Shown here in pieces: positions 1 to 8,363 of a stretch of DNA of 32,000 nt. The stretch is taken from NCBI GenBank assembly GCA_963843145.1, contig CAWJJC010000020.1, forward strand, positions 449,171 through 481,170. The letters run 5' to 3'. The notes under the pieces were generated by a model. The model was not told where the DNA came from. It saw nothing but the letters and a program-made list of their open reading frames with translations, and did no database searches. Source of the stretch: an uncultured delta proteobacterium. Lineage in GTDB: Bacteria > Desulfobacterota > RBG-13-43-22. Position numbers and translations under genes: made by a program. Each line of letters starts with the position of its first letter. Position 1 is the stretch's first letter.

Positions 1-266
1 CTTTGTCTCGCTTAATGGTGGTGGTGGAAAAATACCCGGACTTAAAATCAAACCAGAATTTTCTGGACCTCCAGCACCAACTGGAGGGCACGGAAAACCG
101 CATCAACGTGGCCCGGGGGAAATACAACAAGACCGTGGAGATTTTTAACACCTCCATCCGGACCTTTCCCAACAGCCTGACCAATAGCATTTTGCTGAAG
201 CTGAAATTAAAAGAACCATTCAAAGCCGAGGCCGGGGCGGAGAAAGCCCCCCAGGTAAAGTTTTAA
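1..266 (+). CDS. lemA: LemA family protein, C-terminal part (5' end outside window)
   Basis: The ORF is open from the window edge to TAA at 264-266. The translation ...[50 protein letters not shown]... is the conserved LemA C-terminal region. Two TPM-domain genes follow, which is the usual LemA neighbourhood. Confidence 0.85.
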   Translation, partial: LSRLMVVVEKYPDLKSNQNFLDLQHQLEGTENRINVARGKYNKTVEIFNTSIRTFPNSLTNSILLKLKLKEPFKAEAGAEKAPQVKF

Positions 267-302
267 TAAGAATTCTTGGTTCGAACATAGGCTGAGAACT
301 AC

Positions 303-330
303 CTGGATCCCGGCTTTCGCCGGGATGACG
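303..330. repeat. Short extragenic hairpin repeat CTGGAT-CCCGGC-tttc-GCCGGG-ATGACG
   Basis: A 6-bp GC stem (309-314 / 319-324) sits inside a CTGGAT...ATGACG frame. A second copy of the same frame is at 19340-19369 (CTGGATGCCGGAtcaggTCCGGCATGACGG). Confidence 0.5.
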
Positions 331-379
331 ACAAAAGACGGACCCCGTTCTTCCATCAGGGTCAATACACCTCATTATA

Positions 380-1255
380 ATGAAAAAAATCTGGTTTCTC
401 ATCTTGATTATCCTCCTGTTGCCCTACTATTCTTGGGCTCTGGAGGTGCCGGCGCTTCAGGGGTATGTGAACGACTATGCCGGTCTGATCTCCCCGGAGG
501 CCAAGGCCAAGCTGGAAAATGATCTCCGGGCCTTTGAACAGAGTGATTCGACCCAGGTGGTTATTCTGACCATCCCTTCCCTCGAAGGGGAAGACCTGGA
601 AGGCTTCTCCATCCGGGTCGCCACCACCTGGAAGATCGGCCAGCAGACTAAAGACAACGGGGTGCTGCTGCTGGTAGCCAAGCAGGAGCGAAAAATCCGT
701 ATCGAGGTGGGCAAGGGGTTGGAAGGGGTCCTGACAGACCTGCTCTCCGGACGGATCATCGATCTGGTCATCAAGCCAAATTTCAAGCGAGGGGATTATA
801 GCGGCGGTTTTGTCGCCGGAGTGGCCGCTATCATCGACGCTACCCGCGGCGAATTCAAGGGCGACGCCCAGGGGCCGTCGGCCCAACATAAAAAAGGGGC
901 GCCTTCTTTTTTTACCTTGCTCCTTTTTTTAGGGATCCTCTTACTTTTTCTGGGCAGCCTGTCCCGTATTTTAGGTGGAATAACCGGCGCCGCCGGACTG
1001 CCCTTGATCACCAACCTGGGACTATTCCCGCTCGGGTTAACGGCCCTGATTATTCTAGGTCTGGTCGGGTTTGGTTTGGGGTTTCTACTGCCCGCCCTTT
1101 TTTCAGCCGGCCGAGGATCTTCCGGAGGCGGGCCCTGGTTCGGAGGCGGCTTCTTTGGATCCGGTGGCGGCTGGGGCGGGGGCGGTGATTCCGGCGGTGG
1201 GTTCAGCGGCGGCGGGGGCGACTTCGGCGGCGGCGGGGCCTCGGGGGGCTGGTAG
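380..1255 (+). CDS. TPM domain-containing protein (YgcG-like): signal peptide, TM segments, Gly-rich C-terminal tail
   Basis: ATG at 380. N-terminal signal-like MKKIWFLILIILLLPYYSWA. TPM-type motif YVNDYAGLISPEAKAKLENDLRAFEQSDSTQVVILTIPSL. Hydrophobic helices are followed by a GGGxGGG low-complexity tail. The gene lies downstream of LemA. Confidence 0.85.
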   Translation: MKKIWFLILIILLLPYYSWALEVPALQGYVNDYAGLISPEAKAKLENDLRAFEQSDSTQVVILTIPSLEGEDLEGFSIRVATTWKIGQQTKDNGVLLLVAKQERKIRIEVGKGLEGVLTDLLSGRIIDLVIKPNFKRGDYSGGFVAGVAAIIDATRGEFKGDAQGPSAQHKKGAPSFFTLLLFLGILLLFLGSLSRILGGITGAAGLPLITNLGLFPLGLTALIILGLVGFGLGFLLPALFSAGRGSSGGGPWFGGGFFGSGGGWGGGGDSGGGFSGGGGDFGGGGASGGW

Positions 1256-1313
1256 GGAAAACCGATCCTTGAGGCTGGATACGGAATGCGGGTTAACCAA
1301 GGGGAAATACTGA

Positions 1314-1949
1314 TTGAAGGCCGATAATTTTTTCAACCAACAGGAAAAGGAAGAGATCAGCCGGGCGATCAAGTCCATGGAAACACGGACCAGCGGTGAA
1401 ATAGCGGTGATCCTGGTTGACCAGAGCGATCCCTACCCCGAAGGAGAATTCCTGGGGGGGATTTTAATCGGAGGGCTGCTGGCCTTTGTGGCGGCGCTGT
1501 GGTTCTTTCACGGCCAGATCTGGTTTCTCGTCCCGCTCCACTTCCTTTTCTTTCTCCCCTTGTACCTCCTGTTCCAAAAAATCCCTTTCTTAAAAACACC
1601 CTTCCTCGGGGCCAGGAGAAAAGAGGCGGCGGTCAGAAGGAGGGCGTTACAGGCTTTCTACGAAAAGGGGCTGTATAGAACTCAGCAGCATACGGGCGTA
1701 CTTTTTTTTCTTTCGCTCCTGGAAAGAAAAGTCTGGGTCCTGGCCGATAAGGGGATTTACGAAAAGATAAAACAGGAAACGCTGAATCAATTTGCGGGCC
1801 AGGTGTCGGCGGGAGTCAGGGACCGGCTGGCCGGGCGAGCCCTGGTCCAGGCCATCCAAGGAATAGGGAATCTCTTGGCCGAGCATTTTCCAATAACACC
1901 GGGGGATATCGACGAACTGCCCGATGAAGTAATGACCCTGGAAAACTAA
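1314..1949 (+). CDS. TPM domain-containing membrane protein (second TPM gene of the LemA operon)
   Basis: TTG start at 1314 with AAGGGGA about 8 nt upstream. N-terminus FFNQQEKEEISRAIKSMETRTSGEIAVILV is typical of this family. Two TM helices are present. Confidence 0.8.
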   Translation: MKADNFFNQQEKEEISRAIKSMETRTSGEIAVILVDQSDPYPEGEFLGGILIGGLLAFVAALWFFHGQIWFLVPLHFLFFLPLYLLFQKIPFLKTPFLGARRKEAAVRRRALQAFYEKGLYRTQQHTGVLFFLSLLERKVWVLADKGIYEKIKQETLNQFAGQVSAGVRDRLAGRALVQAIQGIGNLLAEHFPITPGDIDELPDEVMTLEN

Positions 1950-2071
1950 GCAAAAATTGGCAAACCGGCCTGGCGCGGCGGATCACGGCTCCACTGGATT
2001 TTATTGTCGGCTAAGGTCGCTCTGACGGTGGTTACGCGGTCGTTTTCCGGAGCTTCTTTTCTCTGCCGACG

Positions 2072-3568
2072 TCAGAGTGCGAGGTCGATTCCGGTGATGC
2101 AGGTTCCGGGGCGGACCGTTACCGTGCAAACGGCGTTTGGCTTGTCCGCTGCACGGATTAGGTATTCATCCGCCGGCAGTTCCAGCCTTGAAAAGCGGTA
2201 CCGTCCTGAAGAGTCGGTGCGGGTCTCGGCGATGAGCCGCTCGCCCTTGAATGCCCTGACGACCGCGCCCGGCACAGCATCGGATCCCTGGCGCACGGTC
2301 CCGCAGAGGGCCAAAACCTTGTTCCGGAGCGTCTCCAGGTAGCGAAGCCCGTGCCCGCTGTAGGCGTATCCCTGGGTGTACAGGTTCCCCGATGGACTAT
2401 TATCGGTCCTGGTTGGACCGGAAGGATCCAGCGGTTCTATGGCCGTATCCTCGTTCCATTCGTTCCAACTGGTGATCAGAATCATATTCAGCCGGGGATC
2501 CACGAACCGAAATGCCGTCAGGTCGAACAGTTTGGCAAACAGGCTGGCTTCGCCTGCGCCCTCGCTCCATTCCCGTGGAATCGCGTAGTGATTCTCATTC
2601 AGCCGGACCCCGCGGTCGTTGTAGCCTGGAATAATCTGCGGGACAAAGTAGACCGTGCCGTTCGAGGCCGAGAGGTACTCGGTGTACTTGGCGGCGACGT
2701 CTGAGACGTAGGTGCTGCGGGCGGCATAACCCTTCTGGGATACGCTGCCGTTCTCATACATGTTGTACGAGGTGATGGCATCGAACAGGCGGAACCGGGT
2801 CGGCTGCGGGGTCTCTACCAGCGGGAAGGGAATCTGGCCGGGTCGGACTACCGGGGACACCTTCCAGAATACCTCGTCCCCGATCAGGAACAGGTCGTAC
2901 CCCCGCGTCCGCATGGCGGAGCGCAAACGGACGATGGCCTGCGCAAATGCGCCGCTGAAAGTTCTGGTCAGGTAAAGGAAGACGACGGGTCGCCCCCGGA
3001 TACGCAGATAGGACGGATGGCTGAAACAGCGCGTCGCGATTCTTTCGAAGTCGGCGATCATCCGGGTCGTTTTGGCCTCGTCGAAGCGGATGGTTCCCAG
3101 CCTGGAGTCGAAACCCAGCGCCTGTGTTTCGTAGAAGACACAGAACTTGATGTCGGCGATATTCGGGGTCTGGTACAGGCTGTCGAGGAACGACTCGGTG
3201 CGTTCCGATTCACTCGACCACCAACCGATGGACAGGAAATCGATCCCGTATTCGGAGCACCAGGCGATATGGCGTCCGATCACCTTGGTGTCGGTTGACC
3301 GATACTCGCCCCCGGGAAAAGTCTGCTTGGGACGAAGGTGTTCGCGCAAATAGCCCTGCCGGAAATTACCCGGATACCAGATGTAATAATGGGCGCCCAC
3401 AAGATACCGATCAGGCTGGATGACCGGAAGCGTTGCCGGCGGCGCGCTGATCCGTCGTTGTACGGTGTAATAAGCCAGTCCAACCAGGACGAAGGCCACC
3501 GCGATACCGGCGGCGGTCCAGATCCGGCGGCGACTGCCCCAAGCGGATAGTCTTTCTGCCGGGTTCAT
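2072..3568 (-). CDS. Membrane-anchored glycoside-hydrolase-like protein (GH99-like/TIM-barrel type) with C-terminal carboxypeptidase-regulatory-like beta-sandwich
   Basis: The track ORF runs 2072..3772. The first 68 codons are Arg/Pro/Gly-rich, so the likely start is ATG at 3568 (MNPAERLSAWG...) followed by one TM helix. The core YYIWYPGNF...WCSEYGIDFLSIGWW...ITSWNEWNEDTAIEP resembles GH99-like hydrolases. The C-terminus SGRYRFSRLELPADEYLIRA is CarboxypepD_reg-like. The family assignment is tentative. Confidence 0.6.
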   Translation of the reverse strand: MNPAERLSAWGSRRRIWTAAGIAVAFVLVGLAYYTVQRRISAPPATLPVIQPDRYLVGAHYYIWYPGNFRQGYLREHLRPKQTFPGGEYRSTDTKVIGRHIAWCSEYGIDFLSIGWWSSESERTESFLDSLYQTPNIADIKFCVFYETQALGFDSRLGTIRFDEAKTTRMIADFERIATRCFSHPSYLRIRGRPVVFLYLTRTFSGAFAQAIVRLRSAMRTRGYDLFLIGDEVFWKVSPVVRPGQIPFPLVETPQPTRFRLFDAITSYNMYENGSVSQKGYAARSTYVSDVAAKYTEYLSASNGTVYFVPQIIPGYNDRGVRLNENHYAIPREWSEGAGEASLFAKLFDLTAFRFVDPRLNMILITSWNEWNEDTAIEPLDPSGPTRTDNSPSGNLYTQGYAYSGHGLRYLETLRNKVLALCGTVRQGSDAVPGAVVRAFKGERLIAETRTDSSGRYRFSRLELPADEYLIRAADKPNAVCTVTVRPGTCITGIDLAL

Positions 3569-4014
3569 GTCGACGCCTTCACGCAGAGCCGTGGCGGGCT
3601 GGCCGGGTCGAATCTGGCCAGGCTCTGGGCCCGAAGGGAGCGCCGGTCTTCCACGCCCCAGTAGGATAGACAGGACAGTAATTCTCCGCTCCCAGGACAA
3701 CCGGCCAGAAAAAATCTTCGCGGCTATTGAATGGCTGGCGGCCATGACCTCTTCTATCCCCGGCCAGAGCAATCAAATGATTCGTTAGCATGGTTTCTAT
3801 AGTAATATCTCGTTGCGGATGACGGTGTTGGAATGGTCCAGGGTGTTGGTGCGAAACTCATCGGACTGGCCGACTCCCGCCGACCCCAAGACCTCAAACT
3901 TCCGGCCTCCTTTTATTAACAGTGTCATAATTGTACTTACACGGGGTGTTTTCTTTTTATCTCTCGCCCGCTTCGCTCGAGTTCGCCGAGGGCGCAGAGA
4001 AAGACCAAGTTGCT

Positions 4015-4049
4015 TTTTGAAAAATCGCTGAGACGCCGATTTTTCAAAA
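4015..4049. repeat. 13-bp AT-rich perfect hairpin (TTTTGAAAAATCG / CGATTTTTCAAAA, 9-nt loop)
   Basis: Read directly from the sequence. It lies in the 665-bp non-coding gap between the two minus-strand glycan genes. Confidence 0.4.
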
Positions 4050-4094
4050 GAACTCACGCCTCCGGCGGGGTCTTATTCGCGGAGCGGGAGATTT

Positions 4095-4129
4095 TTTTTG
4101 ATTGCCGGCCCCTCAGCGGCAATCAAAAA
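4095..4129. terminator. Hairpin TTTTTGATTGCCG-(9 nt)-CGGCAATCAAAAA, a possible bidirectional terminator
   Basis: A perfect 13-bp stem flanked by T8 on one side and A5-TTATTTATT on the other. It sits about 105 nt downstream of the 4234 stop of the membrane protein gene. There is no clean U-tract on the minus strand, so the call is tentative. Confidence 0.3.
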
Positions 4130-4233
4130 TTATTTATTCTCTGCGGTCTCGGTGTGCTCTGTGAGAGATCGTCTTTTGTCTTTGGTTGTGACTGGCGGCT
4201 TCAAGGAATCCTGTCAATATTATTTTGAGACCG

Positions 4234-6300
4234 TTAATAAGTCCCGGGATTCCTTAGAACCTGAAAGCCCACATACTCTCGATCTTCAAAGAACTTCCTC
4301 AGATTCGGGGTTTGGGCAAAGGCCGTCAGATACGTCTCCAGGGTGGGCAGGTCATATCTGGTTTTTTCCATAACGATCCAGTCCACCCGAATGACCGACA
4401 GGAAAGCCGCCAACTCCTTCCGGGTGATTGGTCGTTGCTTCCAAAAGGCCTCCACCCCGGGAAGCTTTCGGAAATAATCGAAGACGCTGTCATCGAGTTT
4501 CGAGGAGAAGCCTCCCACATTCCACTGCTGGTGAATTGTCTGATAAAAAAAGGTCCGGGTTTCCCGCTTCCCTTCCCAATGATCCCCGCTTTGGGTAAAT
4601 AGCGGAAGGTCCAGCAAGACCCCCTCTCGTCCCTGCGCCCTTTCGGCCAGGGCCTGATAGACGGGGGGAATCCGATAATCCGTTATGGGGCCCTGCACCG
4701 GAAAAGGGAAGAGGGCCGTTTCGAAGGCGGTGACCAGCACCAGCCCCAAGTAGCACAAAACCTTGGCGCCGGGTGATATTTTCTTAAAAAAATCTTTTAT
4801 GATCAGGCAGCCGATCACTAGGCTGAAAAGGGTCAAGGGGATCAGAAACCGGGACAGGGTCCGGGTGCTTCCCAATAAGGGCAGGTTCGGGAGCAGGTAT
4901 CCCGGAAGGACGAAATCGGTAAAGGTAATGCCGTGAAACTTTATATAAGGTCCGAGACAAAAAAAGAGAAATACCAGCCAGGCCAGGATCCATAGCCGCA
5001 AGGCCTCCCTTTTAAAAAAAAGGCTGATCCCGATAACTACCAGGATCATCCACAAATATCCAAAGAACCCGGGGGTCCCCCGCAGGGGCCCTCCCAGCTT
5101 CCAGTCCGCGGCGATTTTTTGGGATACACCCGACAGCCAGGGATGAAACGGGGCAAAGAAACTGGCCAGGTCCACGCTGAAGGTTTGAAAGTCGATCGGG
5201 AGGCTTTTCACGGCCGAGCGGGTACCCGGGTCGAGCAAGTAGGATTCCGTATAAGGGAAGGTCGTCAGGAGGGCCGTAGCCAGCACCAGCAGGCAAAGGA
5301 TTAAAATGGTGGCCGCCTCTTTTCCTTTCGGAGGCCGCCATTCCAGCGAGCGGGGCCGCAGCCGTTTTGCCCAACCCAAACGGGCTGGAGATGCCTCCCA
5401 TCCCGCTTTCCACCGCGCAACAAAAATATCCCCTATTATTAACAGAAAATAAATCCCCGCCAAGAACCCCAGAGCGATGGGGGTGCTAAACCAATCACCG
5501 ATTTTCAACGTTTCCCAGGTTTCCTTGGAAAGCAAGGTCAGGGAAAAGAGCAGGCCGAAAATCAACCAGGCCAGCACGGTTCCGAGCCGGAACCCTCCGG
5601 GTTCCCCAGAAACTTCGATCGGCTTCACGGACCAGGGAAAGAGCCGGTACAGAACCAGCACCGTGAGCCAGACCAGACCGAAAACAAAAAAATAGGGATA
5701 ATTATAAACCGAAAGCCCCAGGAGGATTCCGGCGGCAATCCCCCAGTAATAGCGGCGGACTTCGAAGAGATGAAAGGAGGCCAAAACGAAAAATACAAAC
5801 AGATAGGGTTCGATCAGACTTTGGGTCCCCTGGTAACTGGTCAGGATCGGTGAGTGTCCGAAGGCCAGGGCGCCGATAAAGGCCAGCCCGCTCAATCCGG
5901 TAAGCCTGAAAACCAAGGCATAGGCCGCCAGGGAATTTAGAAAAATGGACAGCCAGGTTATGGCGTTATGAAAGACCAGCAGGGGCACCCACGGCCTGAC
6001 CAGGGTATAGAAAAGCCCGTCCAGGAAGGTATAGGTGTGGTGGACCATGTTTATCCCCAGGGGATAAAGCATATGGTCGCTGTAAAAGGGGTTGCTTTTG
6101 AGGTCCAGCAGGGCATGGGCCGTCCACCAGACATTCCAGGGGTACTGGGCCGTATCCATGGCATCTCCCACCAGGTGGGTGGTGAAATGGGGGAACAGAT
6201 GGATAAAATTGACCGGAGACAGAACAAAAAGGAGAAAAATAAATAAGAGCTGAGCGGTTTTATTTAAACCCGGGAATGCCATGGAGGCCCAATGTATCAA
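4234..6300 (-). CDS. Large polytopic membrane protein, probable GT-C-fold glycosyltransferase / YfhO-like
   Basis: 688-aa ORF with more than 12 predicted hydrophobic helices followed by a soluble C-terminal domain of about 170 aa. The start is either TTG at 6300 or ATG at 6282 (MAFPGLNK). Neither has a clear SD. Family guessed from architecture only. Confidence 0.7.
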   Translation of the reverse strand: MIHWASMAFPGLNKTAQLLFIFLLFVLSPVNFIHLFPHFTTHLVGDAMDTAQYPWNVWWTAHALLDLKSNPFYSDHMLYPLGINMVHHTYTFLDGLFYTLVRPWVPLLVFHNAITWLSIFLNSLAAYALVFRLTGLSGLAFIGALAFGHSPILTSYQGTQSLIEPYLFVFFVLASFHLFEVRRYYWGIAAGILLGLSVYNYPYFFVFGLVWLTVLVLYRLFPWSVKPIEVSGEPGGFRLGTVLAWLIFGLLFSLTLLSKETWETLKIGDWFSTPIALGFLAGIYFLLIIGDIFVARWKAGWEASPARLGWAKRLRPRSLEWRPPKGKEAATILILCLLVLATALLTTFPYTESYLLDPGTRSAVKSLPIDFQTFSVDLASFFAPFHPWLSGVSQKIAADWKLGGPLRGTPGFFGYLWMILVVIGISLFFKREALRLWILAWLVFLFFCLGPYIKFHGITFTDFVLPGYLLPNLPLLGSTRTLSRFLIPLTLFSLVIGCLIIKDFFKKISPGAKVLCYLGLVLVTAFETALFPFPVQGPITDYRIPPVYQALAERAQGREGVLLDLPLFTQSGDHWEGKRETRTFFYQTIHQQWNVGGFSSKLDDSVFDYFRKLPGVEAFWKQRPITRKELAAFLSVIRVDWIVMEKTRYDLPTLETYLTAFAQTPNLRKFFEDREYVGFQVLRNPGTY

Positions 6301-6310
6301 ATAAGATTTA

Positions 6311-6565
6311 TTATAACAAAGACTTTTTACCGTCGCCTTTTCTCAGGTCATTTTCGGGAAAGTGAATCAGCATTTCCTGGACGAGGGCCGCCGCGAAATC
6401 CAGATCCCGGAGCGACACCGTTTCCACCAGTGAATGGGTATAGCGGCAGGGGAGGCAAATCGGCAGCACGCCCAGCCCCTGGCGAACCAGTTGCACGGCC
6501 GCCGCATCGGTTGACCCGCCGGTCACCCCATAAATTTTGGTAGTAACGCTATTGGTATACCTCAA
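6311..6565 (-). pseudogene. 3' remnant of an M42 family (FrvX/glutamyl aminopeptidase-like) peptidase gene
   Basis: The 84 codons GGSTDAAAVQLVRQGLGVLPICLPCRYTHSLVETVSLRDLDFAAALVQEML match only the last ~70 residues of M42 peptidases (GGTDAg...iPtRYiHSp.E..dlrD). The ~270 N-terminal residues are absent, and an opposite-strand ORF starts 37 nt upstream. Confidence 0.6.
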
Positions 6566-6601
6566 TTCTCTTAAATTTCAAACGGGCCATTTTACCTGTT
6601 T

Positions 6602-6937
6602 TTGACCCGTGAACCAATCTTTCGCCCATTCACGCCTGTCTTTGGGCGGGTCCTGGATCTTGGTGCGCGGTTCAAAGAAAGGGATTTGTTTTATGGCATC
6701 GATACCTTCGACTCATTGTGCCGGGATCTCGGCATAGCCCGCAATATTTTGGCTGTCCGATTGAAAAAATTGGGAGAAAGGGGATTAATCGATAAGCGGA
6801 CTGGAGAGAAGGGGTCGCGGAGGCAGTCCTATCGCCTCACGTCAAAAGCGATTGATATTCAGCCCCAAATAGGCCCCGGGGCGGCCAGGCTGGAGGCCCT
6901 GCCTCTCCCCTTACGGGCCGAGGAGGCCATAAAATAA
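6602..6937 (+). CDS. HxlR-like winged-helix transcriptional regulator (possibly degenerate)
   Basis: TTG start. The stretch FDSLCRDLGIARNILAVRLKKLGERGLIDKR...YRLTSKA fits the HxlR wHTH. The N-terminal part appears to lack about 4-5 residues of the usual ...RWTLLILRDL... segment. Confidence 0.45.
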   Translation: MTREPIFRPFTPVFGRVLDLGARFKERDLFYGIDTFDSLCRDLGIARNILAVRLKKLGERGLIDKRTGEKGSRRQSYRLTSKAIDIQPQIGPGAARLEALPLPLRAEEAIK

Positions 6938-6978
6938 ATCGGCCCCGGTTTCAGGGCTCCTGACCCCGAAAATTTCAT

Positions 6979-7323
6979 TTACCGGCCGCAACATTTTTTA
7001 TGTTTTTTCCCGCTGCCACACGGGCAAAGCTCGTTGCGTCCGACCTTCTTTTCAACCGTCACGGGCTCCAACGGATTCAGCAATCTTTCTAAATCGGTCG
7101 TATCCTCCGCCAGGTCCGGTTCCAATTCAACGGCATACTTCCAGCCCTTGGCTTCACATAGGGCGGCCACCTCATTCTGCCTTTCTTTGGTCCGGACGCG
7201 CACTCGCGCGGGATTCTTTTCAGTACCCAGTTTGGCCGGCCGGTTAGCCTCAAAGGCTTTTTTCCGCGGCTCTCCCTCAAATGATTTTCCTGTTAATTTG
7301 CCCTCGTAGTTTATTTTGGCCAT
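6979..7323 (-). CDS. SEC-C motif domain protein
   Basis: ATG at 7323 is preceded by GAGGAAACG. The C-terminus [14 protein letters not shown] is the SEC-C metal-binding motif. Confidence 0.85.
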   Translation of the reverse strand: MAKINYEGKLTGKSFEGEPRKKAFEANRPAKLGTEKNPARVRVRTKERQNEVAALCEAKGWKYAVELEPDLAEDTTDLERLLNPLEPVTVEKKVGRNELCPCGSGKKHKKCCGR

Positions 7324-7346
7324 CGTTTCCTCATTTTAAAATTTCT

Positions 7347-7364
7347 AGGCGGATTGATCCGCCT
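7347..7364 (-). terminator. Small hairpin AGGCGGA-ttga-TCCGCCT after the 7374 stop
   Basis: A 7-bp GC-rich stem. On the minus strand it is followed by AGAAATTTTAAAA. It sits between the stop of the 164-aa gene and the SEC-C gene start. Confidence 0.3.
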
Positions 7365-7373
7365 GATCCCCTT

Positions 7374-7868
7374 TCACCTCGATGGAGTTTGGGGACAGAC
7401 GATTTTTATTAAATTTTCTGAAACGGACTCCGGATACAAATCCTGCGGGGGGCGACGATGCGGATTTGGGGGGATGACACAGGGCACTTCGGAGTGATGC
7501 ACCAGCCGGCCGTCCTGGTCATAATCGGCGGATCTCAACAAGGTATCGCTACGATTTCGGCATTCAATCTGATGACGGGTGATGGTATACGCGCCTAGTT
7601 GAAGCCCTGCCTTCCCGTCCTGGCTGCTTCGGAGGCTCTTCTTTCTGCCCTCTCCTTCCTCGAAGTCATATTTGATGGTTTTGGTGCTCAATCTGACGAT
7701 TTCCGGAGAGGGGTAGGCAACGCTCCCTCGATCGTAATACTCCTCAATTCTTCCGTCCATACTGATGGCAAACAAAACCCAATCCTCTCCGAAAGCCTTT
7801 GGTAAGGGCATCCCCACGAATAGAACGGCCATGATTAAACCTATTTTATTCATTGAGGCTCTGCTCAT
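7374..7868 (-). CDS. Secreted/periplasmic hypothetical protein
   Basis: 164-aa ORF with a signal peptide-like N-terminus (MNKIGLIMAVLFVGMPLPKAFG). I recognise no family. Confidence 0.55.
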   Translation of the reverse strand: MSRASMNKIGLIMAVLFVGMPLPKAFGEDWVLFAISMDGRIEEYYDRGSVAYPSPEIVRLSTKTIKYDFEEGEGRKKSLRSSQDGKAGLQLGAYTITRHQIECRNRSDTLLRSADYDQDGRLVHHSEVPCVIPPNPHRRPPQDLYPESVSENLIKIVCPQTPSR

Positions 7869-7983
7869 GTCTTGATCTGGTCATAAAAAACCTGGTGGAA
7901 CCCGGAGACTTTCTCGAGTAGTATTATATCGTATTTTTCAATTAACAGGGAAAAGTTATTATTAATAAAGGAGCTGTCCTGCC

Positions 7984-8298
7984 TTGGATATAATCGTCAT
8001 CCTGATCATTGTCTTTATCGCCTTTGAGTTCCTGGAGCATGTGGTTTTTCCGCTAATCTGGGTACTGCTTCAACGAAGGAAGAAGCCCGTCACCGGCCCC
8101 TCCGCCCTGGAGGGACGAATCGCGGAGGTACTCGAATGGCGGCAAAAAGAAGGTTATGTCTTCGTCAATGGAGAGCAGTGGAAAGCGAACAGCGAGAAGC
8201 CCTTGACCCGGGGAGATCAGGTGGTTATTGAAAAGGTCGAGGGGTTGACTTTGACAGTCAAAGCCGGAGACACTACCGGGTACAGGACCTTGAAATAA
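7984..8298 (+). CDS. NfeD family protein (short form: TM + OB-fold)
   Basis: TTG start, an N-terminal TM helix pair, and the C-terminal NfeD OB-fold pattern GYVFVNGEQWKANSEKPLTRGDQVVIEKVEGLTLTVK. Confidence 0.75.
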   Translation: MDIIVILIIVFIAFEFLEHVVFPLIWVLLQRRKKPVTGPSALEGRIAEVLEWRQKEGYVFVNGEQWKANSEKPLTRGDQVVIEKVEGLTLTVKAGDTTGYRTLK

Positions 8299-8323
8299 TT
8301 TATTTTCTAGGCTATGGAACAGC

Positions 8324-8351
8324 CGGGGCGGGCCGTTAAGCCCGCCCCGGG
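8324..8351. terminator. Convergent-gene GC hairpin CCGGGGCGGGC-cgttaa-GCCCGCCCCGG
   Basis: A perfect 11-bp stem between the NfeD stop (8298, +) and the molybdopterin subunit stop (8364, -). There is no obvious U-tract on either strand. Confidence 0.4.
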
Positions 8352-8363
8352 TATCGGGGAGGA

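Noticed and set aside
277-290. GGTTCGAAC, resembling a tRNA T-loop
   Set aside because: The flanking bases do not form a T-stem, and no acceptor or anticodon arms can be drawn on either strand. It sits in an ordinary intergenic spacer.
362-889. 175-aa minus-strand ORF
   Set aside because: It is antisense to the TPM-domain gene, which has a signal peptide and a conserved motif. I see no independent support for it.
1130-1255. GGC/GGN-rich simple repeat at the end of the first TPM gene
   Set aside because: It is in frame and encodes the Gly-rich tail common in YgcG-like TPM proteins. It is not an independent DNA-level feature.
3569-3772. 68-codon N-terminal extension of the hydrolase-like ORF
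   Set aside because: The extension is Arg/Pro/Gly-rich and precedes a good ATG (3568) that is immediately followed by a TM anchor. The shorter model is more plausible.
3797-4057. 86-aa minus-strand ORF in the 665-bp gap, with an internal 43-codon version starting MTLLIKGG
   Set aside because: The N-terminal half is Lys/Arg-rich and is read through the hairpin repeats. There is no SD before either ATG. The AAAGGAGG inside it is not followed by an in-frame start. I see no family resemblance.
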